DNA of 64,000 nt from contig NZ_BAABDD010000001.1 of assembly GCF_039539445.1 (NCBI RefSeq), positions 444,103 through 508,102 of the forward strand, written 5' to 3'. A program made the position numbers and the translations under genes. Positions 56,725 to 64,000 of the stretch are shown in pieces. The first letter of the stretch is position 1. The number at the start of each line of letters is the position of its first letter. Origin of the DNA: Salinactinospora qingdaonensis. Its GTDB lineage: Bacteria; Actinomycetota; Actinomycetes; Streptosporangiales; Streptosporangiaceae. The notes under the pieces are model-generated. The model saw only the letters and a list, made by a program, of their open reading frames with translations. It was not told where the DNA came from and ran no database searches.

Positions 56725-57667
56725 TGTCGACGGCCTCGTGCAGATCCTCGGGGGTCAGCTCGGCTTCCCGGATCAGGGCGTCGACCGTGGCGGCGAGCTG
56801 ATCGAGGCTGTCGACCACGTGCACGCCGGGGAATTCGGCGTAACGACGCGCCCACTCGTTGACCAGCAGCTCGCGCGGAAAGATCACGGGACGTCCGTGT
56901 TGCAAGGCGAAGCGGGCCTGGATACGGGCGCCGCTGTGCTCACCGGCCTCCACGACGACGGTGGCGGTGGCATAACCGCTCATCACAGCGTTGCGCATGG
57001 GGAAGCTGCGCTTGGACGGCGGGGCGTCGGGCAGGAACTGGCTCAGCAGCATGCCGCGCCGCGCGATCGTCTCGTGCAACTCCCGGTTCTGCTTGGGGTA
57101 ACAGCGGTTGATCCCGGTGCCCAGGACGGCGACGGTGCGCCCGCCGTGGGCGAGGGCGGCGGTGTGGGCGGCGGTGTCGATGCCGAGGGCCAGACCGCTG
57201 ACCACGGTGATGCCGCGCGAGGCGAGCATGCCGGCGATGTTCTCGGCGATCTCCAGCCCGCGCTGGGACGCTTTGCGCGATCCCACGACAGCGATTGCGT
57301 GGGCATCAGAGCGCAGTTCACCCCAGGTGAAGACTATGGGGGGCATCTCGTGGATCTCGCGCAGCCGCGCCGGGTACTCCTCGTCGAGGAAGCTGAGGAC
57401 CCGCACGCCACGCTTCTCGCAGTCGGCCAGCAGATCGTGGGCGGCCGTGACCTCGGTCGGCGGCTCAGCAGCCGAAAACAACGCCTCTTGGGGGGCTGGT
57501 TGGCGCTGCAACACGGTTACGGCGCTACCGGCCTCCATCACGGTCTCGGTAATGGTCCGCCATCGCGAGCCTTCGCGCAGCAGCAGTGCCACCATCGCGG
57601 TCCGCTCGTCGATCTGCTGCATGCGTCCGATCGTAGAAGCTCGCCGCCCCCTGCCCAACTCCGACAT
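56714..57667 (-). CDS. DprA/Smf (SLOG)-family protein; ShosA-like candidate
   Basis: Rossmann-like DprA core AIAVVGSRKASQRGLEIAENIAGMLASRGITVVSGLALGIDTAAH. 11-nt overlap with the PRTase gene. No competence or housekeeping neighbours. Confidence 0.55.
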   Translation of the reverse strand: MSELGRGRRASTIGRMQQIDERTAMVALLLREGSRWRTITETVMEAGSAVTVLQRQPAPQEALFSAAEPPTEVTAAHDLLADCEKRGVRVLSFLDEEYPARLREIHEMPPIVFTWGELRSDAHAIAVVGSRKASQRGLEIAENIAGMLASRGITVVSGLALGIDTAAHTAALAHGGRTVAVLGTGINRCYPKQNRELHETIARRGMLLSQFLPDAPPSKRSFPMRNAVMSGYATATVVVEAGEHSGARIQARFALQHGRPVIFPRELLVNEWARRYAEFPGVHVVDSLDQLAATVDALIREAELTPEDLHEAVDIAW

Positions 57668-57884
57668 CGCGACCGCCCTTACAACGGTGTGACCTTACAC
57701 CGGTTTCCGGTGATGTACTTACCGATATCCACAATAGAACACACGTTCTAACGATGATCTTGTGGTCTACCGTACAGAGGGCTGCGGGAGCGAGAGGAGA
57801 AGGAGAGACGGCTCGGTGCTCGCGAGAAGCCGGGGCGACGACAGAAGCAGTCCTAGCGGGGCCAGGTTCTGTTCTTTGGAGGGA

Positions 57885-58010
57885 CGGCCGGGGCCGGCGG
57901 TGGGCGCACGCGGGCGAGCGCGCCCGCTATCAGCCCACGCGGGCTGCCGAGATCGCGCAGCGATCGAGGCACGAGCGGACGACGAACACCCCACAGCCCC
58001 ACTCCAGCCG
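57885..58010 (-). repeat. REP-like element copy C (inverted), left boundary of the 58.0-63.9 kb block
   Basis: The reverse complement of 57921-58005 aligns to 63911-64000 at about 90% identity. Confidence 0.6.
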
Positions 58011-58702
58011 CTCAAAAAACAGAACCCAGGGCGCTAACCACAGAGCAACTCCATGAGTTCCTGCGCGCTCATGCCCGCGGTTTCCGCAGCGGTGCCACTG
58101 CCGTACAGCCTCCACGCCATACGCTGCTCCCGCGTCTGCGCGCCCGCCACCCGCACAGGCACAGTGCGCCGTCCTCACCTTCAGCAACGTCGGCCTCGCC
58201 ACCTTCGTACCATCCGACCTTGTCGCGAAGCTCGGCCGAGATCGTGACCTGCCCCTTGTTGTCGATCCGCACCCTCACTCCTCCGTATTACGTCTATTAC
58301 GCAATACTGGCTGTCTCCGATGTGGTGAGAAGGCACACGAGCCGCGGGCGAAAGACACGTCGCAAGCCCGGTGAGGCGGAACCACACGCGGTTGCCTTGG
58401 CGACGGGACCGCAACTCCGGAGGGTGATTGACGAATAGCCTTCATTTGCCGACAGAAGGGAAGATCCGCCACATTGGTCAAGATTAATTAGCAGCAGGTC
58501 AAAACCCTTCGACTCATCTCAAGCAGCCGTGGCGAAACAAGGCGCCCCGACCGGGGATAGCTGGCATTCGATCCCCGAAACATCTCAATTAGCGACATAC
58601 CACCTGCCCAGAACTTGGGAAGCATTCTTGAAACATTGCGCGACGAACGACCCCAGTTGACCGCAGTTCGCCTTACGTTTCCGGAACTGCTAAGAAAGAC
58701 CC

Positions 58703-59512
58703 GTGCAACTCCCCATGTCGAAGGCTCAGATCGGTAGACTCGGCCAACGACTGATCCGTTCAGAGACTCCTTCCGAGGAGGACATCGCCGCCCTCCGGGA
58801 GCTACTTTTAGTGTACTCCCAGATGTTGGCCGAGACAGTTGAGTTTGTAACCTCAAGGCTGGAGCTGCTGCCGAGCTCTCGAACGAAGACGGAAGAGACG
58901 ATCCTGGAGAAGCTACGCCGCGGTGGCGGCCGTTGGCTACGGGACGTTCAGGACCTAGCCGGTATGCGCTTTGTCTTTGAGGGAGACCTCAAAGAACAGG
59001 ACAGGCTGGTTGAACAGGTTTCAGGATTGTTTATCGACTGTCCGAAACCCGTAAGGGTTATTGACCGCCGCAACGAGCCCAGTCACGGCTACCGAGCTGT
59101 CCACGTAATCGCGTTTCCTCACGGTATACCTGTCGAGATTCAGATACGCACATTGCTACAGCACGAGTGGGCGGAGACATTCGAGAAGCTCGCCGACCTC
59201 GCCGGCAGAGGCATACGGTATGGGGACAATCCTTCTCACATGGTTGTTCATAGTGCTAGTGCTTCTTTGTGGATTGCTGCGCCGGTTGATGATCCACGCG
59301 CACCAGCCATGCGCGCGGCCGCTCCACCGGGTAGCAGGCTGGCGATTGAAAGCATGCGGGAACTCGCGGCGCTGATCGCGGATCATGAAGAGCGGTGCAC
59401 GGAGAGACCCGACGACGTAGAGCTGTCGCAGGCTACACTGGAGTTCCAGGAGACGCTGAGCACATTCAAACAGATGTTGATCGGCCTAGCCTCATCACCT
59501 CCGGACGAGTAG
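58703..59512 (+). CDS. RelA/SpoT-domain nucleotidyltransferase (small alarmone synthetase-like; toxSAS-like candidate)
   Basis: DLAGMRFVFEGDLKEQDRLV...GYRAVHVIA...IPVEIQIRTLLQHEWAE is a canonical RelA_SpoT synthetase domain. No hydrolase or regulatory domains. Confidence 0.7.
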   Translation: MQLPMSKAQIGRLGQRLIRSETPSEEDIAALRELLLVYSQMLAETVEFVTSRLELLPSSRTKTEETILEKLRRGGGRWLRDVQDLAGMRFVFEGDLKEQDRLVEQVSGLFIDCPKPVRVIDRRNEPSHGYRAVHVIAFPHGIPVEIQIRTLLQHEWAETFEKLADLAGRGIRYGDNPSHMVVHSASASLWIAAPVDDPRAPAMRAAAPPGSRLAIESMRELAALIADHEERCTERPDDVELSQATLEFQETLSTFKQMLIGLASSPPDE

Positions 59513-59517
59513 GGGAC

Positions 59518-59778
59518 ATGGTGAAGAACTTCCTGCTGGTCTACGACCGCCGCCGGGGAGAACTTCTTCGCGAGGAGGAGTTCAGTGACCCCCGGGAAGC
59601 GATGATGGCCAGGTTTGATGCTGAGGACAAGTTCCGGGGCACAGGACGCAACGTCGAGATCGTCGTGCTGGGGGCGCAGTCCCGCGAGGACCTGCTGCGT
59701 ACTCACGGCCGTTACTTCTCCACAGCGAGCCAACTGGTCGACAGGCTCTCCAGCTCGCTGAAGATCACACCTGCTTGA
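59518..59778 (+). CDS. small protein (86 aa) translationally coupled to the RelA/SpoT gene; candidate antitoxin/partner
   Basis: ATG 5 nt after the upstream TAG, with a GAGTAGGGGA RBS embedded in the upstream gene's end. MVKNFLLVYDRRRGELLREEEF... Confidence 0.4.
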   Translation: MVKNFLLVYDRRRGELLREEEFSDPREAMMARFDAEDKFRGTGRNVEIVVLGAQSREDLLRTHGRYFSTASQLVDRLSSSLKITPA

Positions 59779-59882
59779 GCGGAGCGTCGACGCTCAGGGG
59801 CGGCCCATAGCGAACGTACTCAGCGGGCGCCGGGGAGAGCGGAAGACTCCCTGCCCTTGCCGACAACGCTTCGGCGAGTGCC

Positions 59883-60590
59883 TTAGTCGGCGGGAACATG
59901 CCGTTGGCCGCACTGCTCGGCGTCTTCACAGAACCGGTTCCACGAGCGGTTGGAGCCCATCGGCGAACCGAGGTCCTCCTCATTCGCGATGACGCTGAAG
60001 ACCTTCGGAGCGTCCGACTCGCTGTACCTTCGTCCCCCCTTCTTGGGAACGTCCTGCATCAGCACCTTCTTCGGGTCGGCGATCTTGCCGGTATCTTTTC
60101 CCCTGAAGCGCACCGGAACCTGCCACGTTGACACCACGCTGCGCAGCGCGTGGGGGAAGAGCAGCAGCCACGCCTCCATCTCAGCTACCGCCAGCACGTA
60201 GTGGGCGCTGCCGAGATGGGCGTGCAGCTCGCGTTCCACCTTCTCGTGTACGGCCAGATAGTTTTCGCTGTCCACTCCGTCGAGATCCTCGTGGACGAAC
60301 ACGCACGCCACCTCGGTGTTCTCGCGCTGCGCGCGGGCTTTGATCTTGCCGGCCAGTGTCTTGACCCGTTGGGAGAGCCGGCTGCCGGTGGCTTGACGCA
60401 GCCGCACATCATCGCTGATCTCCACGATCCGACCGCTCATGTGCGGACAGATCGCTTCGAGGAGGGCGCGCAGGCTCTGCCGGTCGTTGCGGTCTTCCCC
60501 CGCCACCACGACCACCGGTTTCTTGACCGCTTTCCTGCGGGTACCGCCGCGAGGGCTCACAGATCCCCTCCCAGCGCCCCGGAGAACCAC
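59883..60590 (-). CDS. DUF4276-like (Toprim/OLD-C-terminal-like) protein, partner of the AAA_21 ATPase
   Basis: 235 aa. Acidic VFVHEDLDG and AEMEAWLL motifs resemble Toprim. Overlaps the AAA gene end. Start uncertain. Confidence 0.5.
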   Translation of the reverse strand: MVLRGAGRGSVSPRGGTRRKAVKKPVVVVAGEDRNDRQSLRALLEAICPHMSGRIVEISDDVRLRQATGSRLSQRVKTLAGKIKARAQRENTEVACVFVHEDLDGVDSENYLAVHEKVERELHAHLGSAHYVLAVAEMEAWLLLFPHALRSVVSTWQVPVRFRGKDTGKIADPKKVLMQDVPKKGGRRYSESDAPKVFSVIANEEDLGSPMGSNRSWNRFCEDAEQCGQRHVPAD

Positions 60591-61798
60591 AGCTCCCCCA
60601 AAGGCAGCCCTTCGCTGGCGGTCACGATCCGTTCCATCTCGCGTGCGGAGAGCGCGGGAATGTCGGAGGCGCCGTCGTCGCCGCGTTGGCAGACCACGAG
60701 TTCCGTGGGGCGCAGCCTGTCGGCGAGGGCAGGCGAATGCGTGGCGATGAGGAACTGGGTGTGCTCGCTGGCTTGGCGGACCCGTTCCACGAGCATCTCC
60801 AGCGCCTGCGGATGCAACCCGTGGTCGATCTCCTCAATGCAGGTCAGCGCGGGCGGCTGCGGATCGTAGAGCAAAGCGAGCAGCCCGAGGAGCCGGATCG
60901 TTCCGAAGGAGGCGTCGGCGAGTTCGGTGCTGCCGCGCAGCCCGTCCTCTTCCAGCACGACGATGACCTCGCGCGCCGCGCCGGAGGGAAAGCGGAAGTC
61001 GACGGCGCGCAACCCCGGCAGTACCCGCCTGGCGTCCTCCTCAAGGCGCTGCCAGGCGTCCTCGTCCCTGCTGCGCAGCGACAGCAGGAACGCGGCGAGG
61101 TTGGCCGCATCGTCGTCGAGCTTTTCATTGTCGGTTCGGGGAAACCGTGAGGGCGAACGCGCGAAGTCGACGTTGACGTCGAAAACCCGGAAGGAGGCGA
61201 GTTGCTCGGCCAGTGCCGCCACTTCAGCGCCGCCGGCGTCGTCGCTGAGCCGGGGGAGGGTCGACAGACCGCTGCTGAGCCGACGCAGACCGATCGAATG
61301 CTTTGTCTCTCCCTGGCTTTGCCTTTGGTCCACGACGTTGGCTTGCTCACCGCTGATCGTGATCCGCCGCCCCCGGCCCTGGGTCCGTTTGAACTGGAAG
61401 CTCTCCCTGCGCGAGAGGGAGACGCTGTCGCCTTTGGCTCGGCGGGTGATCCGCAGATCGTACTCGTCGGGCGCGCTCGCACTGCTGTAGCTGGTCCAGG
61501 TGGCTTGTAGCTTGATCCTGATGGACGGTGGGGTTCTCTCGCCGCCTCGAAACACCGTTCCGTCGAACCCGCCTCGGGCGTCGAGCGCGGGCTCGATGTC
61601 GGTGCGGATGATGTCGGCGAGGAACCGGAACACGTCAAGCACGTTGGTCTTTCCCGCACCGTTGGGGCCGACCAGCACGTTGAGCGGTCCGAGTGGGATC
61701 TTGACCTTGCGCAGACTCCGGAAGTTCTCGACTTCGAGTTGCAGCAGCCGCTTCTGCATAGGACCAGCATCCCATCTGATCGATCGCTGCGCTTCCAC
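60557..61798 (-). CDS. AAA_21/ABC-type ATPase (SMC-like)
   Basis: LQLEVENFRSLRKVKIPLGPLNVLVGPNGAGKTNVLD (Walker A), IEEIDHGLHP (Walker B/D-loop), LIATHSP (H-loop). Confidence 0.7.
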   Translation of the reverse strand: MEAQRSIRWDAGPMQKRLLQLEVENFRSLRKVKIPLGPLNVLVGPNGAGKTNVLDVFRFLADIIRTDIEPALDARGGFDGTVFRGGERTPPSIRIKLQATWTSYSSASAPDEYDLRITRRAKGDSVSLSRRESFQFKRTQGRGRRITISGEQANVVDQRQSQGETKHSIGLRRLSSGLSTLPRLSDDAGGAEVAALAEQLASFRVFDVNVDFARSPSRFPRTDNEKLDDDAANLAAFLLSLRSRDEDAWQRLEEDARRVLPGLRAVDFRFPSGAAREVIVVLEEDGLRGSTELADASFGTIRLLGLLALLYDPQPPALTCIEEIDHGLHPQALEMLVERVRQASEHTQFLIATHSPALADRLRPTELVVCQRGDDGASDIPALSAREMERIVTASEGLPLGELWFSGALGGDL

Positions 61799-61933
61799 CG
61801 CGAACGGTGCCCCCGGTTCGACGGAAGCGGTGGAGCGATGTCATGTGTCCGCGGCCCCGCCCCTGTGGGGGATGGACTCCGCCGGGGAGCCGTGACGAAC
61901 GCGGGGACCGGGGCCGTCGACGTGCCTTCCGAG

Positions 61934-62383
61934 TCAGGCGGCCGGCCAGTCGCTGCCGTCGAGGTCGTCGGCGAGGTGGAACCACACCATGCGGAACCCC
62001 GGCAGGCCGTTGTCGCCCCAGGAGGTGGAGAGGCTGTCCACCAGCGCCAGGCCACGGCCGTGCTCGGGGACGGTCTCGGGTTCCTCCTCTGGGACGGCCT
62101 CGGGATCGTGCCCGGTCGACGCTGCGGCCGGGCGCGGAACGAGGTGGACGGGAGCGCTGCCGTGGTGGTGGCCGGTCGCGTCGACGCCGTCGTCGCGGCA
62201 GGTCAACGTCATGCCGTCGCGGAAGCGCCGGGCGTGCAGCCGGAAGGTGCCGCCCACCCGGCCGGAGCGGGAGTGCTGGATCGCGTTGGCCGCCAGCTCA
62301 CCGCCGAGCAGGCCGAAGACGTAGCGGTAGTCCTCGGAGCGGTCGGCTGCGCACGTGTCGAGGAAGGCGTGCACCAGCGGCAT
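61934..62383 (-). CDS. HATPase_c-type ATP-binding protein (anti-sigma regulatory factor-like)
   Basis: ELAANAIQHS (N box), GRGLALVDSLSTSWG (G2 box). Confidence 0.65.
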   Translation of the reverse strand: MPLVHAFLDTCAADRSEDYRYVFGLLGGELAANAIQHSRSGRVGGTFRLHARRFRDGMTLTCRDDGVDATGHHHGSAPVHLVPRPAAASTGHDPEAVPEEEPETVPEHGRGLALVDSLSTSWGDNGLPGFRMVWFHLADDLDGSDWPAA

Positions 62384-62764
62384 GAGGACCGGATCGCCCC
62401 CGGAACTCGAACGAGCGCCGGGTGAACCGCCGCACCGGCCGTCGGTTGAAGTAGTACTCGCTGCCCGACGGGATCACCATCGAGAGCGGAACGGTCACTT
62501 CGGGTAGCGACGGCGGCGCCAACAGGCCGGGCGTGACGGGCATAGGGAGACTCCTTGTTCGCACGGGCCGCGACAGCGGCCGGGAAGCGGACAGCCCCAA
62601 CGGTTTCCGGCCATCCCCAGCCGGAGGAGGGGGCACGGGCGTAGCGTGGTGACCAACACTTTGAGCGACGGTTTGGTTACCTGATATAACTACATAGTGA
62701 GCGTGAAGTTCACTCACGTCAATGGCTAACGTGAAGTTCACCAAAAAGATCGAAGGCTGAGCCC

Positions 62765-63634
62765 ATGGCAATGCAGCGCCCCCACAGCCCTTCCCTCCGC
62801 CGTCGGCGACTCTCTGCCGAACTGAAACGCGCCCGGGAGAACATGGGCATGACGACGGCCCAGGTTGCCGGGGAACTCAAATGGGCTGTCGGCAAGATCA
62901 GCAAGATCGAGAACGCCGAGACCAAACGCATCAGCACCCCGGACCTGGACAGACTGCTGGATCTCTACAAGATCAGGGACCAGGAGACCCGGGAAGCGAT
63001 GCAAGCCCTCGCCCGGGACGCCCGGGAGCGCGGCTGGTGGTCGAAGTACAAGGAGATCTTCGGAGAACGCGCCCTTCCCGACTTCGAGGCCGAAGCTTCG
63101 AGCATCCGTAGCTTCGAAGCCTTGAGCATCCCAGGGCTACTGCAAACTCCGGAGTACGCAGAAGCAATCTTCAGAGGCGGACGCTACACAGCCCCTGAGG
63201 AGGTCAAACGCCGCGTGGACTTCCGGATGGCCCGCCGGGAGATCCTGCTGCGTTTCAACCCGGCACACCTGCGTGCGGTCATCGACGAGGCAGCACTCCG
63301 CCGAGTCATCGGTGACCGGGAGGTGATGCGAACCCAGTTGGAGCACCTGCTCTACATGGCGCAACTACCCAACGTTGACGTGCAGGTCCTCCCCTTCGAG
63401 GCTGGCGCGCACTCAGCACTTGCGGCTCCGTTCACGATCTTGGATTTCCCAGATCCGCTGGACACTCCGATTGTTTATATCGGTACAGTTACCGATGCTG
63501 TATTTCTAGAGGAACATGGAGACATCGAGCGATGCAGCGCGACCTTCGGCGACGTTCAGGGGGCTGCTATGAGCACTACACGATCAGCCGCCTTCATAAA
63601 AGACGTGATCGCATCTCTGGAGAGTGACCAGTGA
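62765..63634 (+). CDS. XRE-family HTH regulator with DUF5753 domain
   Basis: LRRARENMGMTTAQVAGEL HTH. The C-terminal Scr1/DUF5753 region is typical of the streptomycete HTH-DUF5753/DUF397 pairs. Confidence 0.8.
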   Translation: MAMQRPHSPSLRRRRLSAELKRARENMGMTTAQVAGELKWAVGKISKIENAETKRISTPDLDRLLDLYKIRDQETREAMQALARDARERGWWSKYKEIFGERALPDFEAEASSIRSFEALSIPGLLQTPEYAEAIFRGGRYTAPEEVKRRVDFRMARREILLRFNPAHLRAVIDEAALRRVIGDREVMRTQLEHLLYMAQLPNVDVQVLPFEAGAHSALAAPFTILDFPDPLDTPIVYIGTVTDAVFLEEHGDIERCSATFGDVQGAAMSTTRSAAFIKDVIASLESDQ

Positions 63635-63879
63635 ACGAGCTTCAGTTTCGGAAGAGCAGCTACAGCGGGCAAGATCAGAACTGTGTAGAAGTGGCCCACT
63701 TCTCTTCCAACTTCCATAAAAGCAGCTACAGCGGCCAAGGCCAAGGCTGCGTAGAAGTGGCTGACTTCCCCTGCGGAGCGGCTGTCAGAGACTCGAAGCG
63801 TCCCGAGCACGGCCACCTCGCCTTCCCCGCCAGTGAGTGGAAAGCGTTCCTGAAAGCAGCGTGCGAGGAACAGCTCTAG
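63631..63879 (+). CDS. DUF397-domain protein with internal 63-bp tandem duplication
   Basis: RKSSYSGQDQNCVEVAHF followed by HKSSYSGQGQGCVEVADF, then AVRDSKRPEHGHLAFPASEWKAFL. 4-nt overlap with the upstream DUF5753 gene. Confidence 0.8.
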   Translation: MNELQFRKSSYSGQDQNCVEVAHFSSNFHKSSYSGQGQGCVEVADFPCGAAVRDSKRPEHGHLAFPASEWKAFLKAACEEQL

Positions 63880-63899
63880 GTTCTGTTTTTGAACGGATG

Positions 63900-64000
63900 G
63901 GGCGTGGGGCCACGGGGGTGTTCGTCGTCCGCTCGTGCCTCGATCGCTTCGCGATCTCGGCAGCCCGCGTAGGCGGATAGCGGGCGCGCTCGCCCACGTG
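63900..64000 (+). repeat. REP-like element copy D (direct), right boundary of the 58.0-63.9 kb block; truncated by the window end
   Basis: Aligns to the reverse complement of copy C over about 90 nt. Confidence 0.6.

Noticed and set aside
56714-57667. Interpreting the DprA-family gene as the housekeeping competence/recombination mediator dprA.
   Set aside because: It is overlap-coupled to a ComF-like PRTase inside a defence island and lacks the usual actinobacterial dprA neighbours. A ShosTA-like role is favoured but unproven.

Overview
This is a high-GC (about 70% by eye) actinobacterial chromosomal segment with five functional blocks. (1) 1-11.1 kb: the 3' end of a secondary-metabolite locus. 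A PhzE-like 2-amino-2-deoxyisochorismate synthase runs off the left edge, followed by a PhzD-like isochorismatase, an EntA/DhbA-like SDR and a class II DAHP synthase. Together these form a 3-hydroxyanthranilate/DHHA-type aromatic precursor cassette. A striking 1.1-kb AT-rich gap separates it from a divergent AfsR/SARP-type regulator. Nearby are an adenylating enzyme, an SRPBCC protein and a quinone oxidoreductase. (2) 11-23.5 kb: a PfkB kinase pseudogene; a CBM2-SGNH esterase preceded by a perfect CelR/CebR palindrome; an LPxTG repeat protein; an ECF sigma factor fused to its anti-sigma; a second SARP regulator; two paralogous methyltransferases flanking a GNAT-like gene; and an HxlR regulator. 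(3) 23.6-34.8 kb: a segment bracketed by two near-identical tRNA-Lys(CTT) genes. It carries a Ser/Thr kinase and an operon NfeD - flotillin - 1658-aa AAA+ ATPase protein - SPFH paralog. I consider this the best candidate for an undescribed membrane-microdomain-associated machine. (4) 35-47.4 kb: MurNAc catabolism (murQ, murR, kinase), DUF218, a quinone oxidoreductase, a HelD-like helicase, a GH64-like glucanase and tandem-duplicated secreted proteins. (5) 47.5-64 kb: a dense anti-phage/defence island. It holds a DISARM-like drmABC core (translationally coupled, no methyltransferase in view), an AbiL-like ATPase+RloB pair, a ShosTA-like PRTase+DprA pair, a RelA/SpoT toxSAS-like gene with a coupled small ORF, an AAA_21+DUF4276 pair and an HATPase/XRE-DUF5753/DUF397 triad. 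Inverted copies of a REP-like palindromic element punctuate this island. There are no rRNA genes, CRISPR arrays, integrases or transposases. Coordinates of hand-located small features may be off by 1-2 nt.
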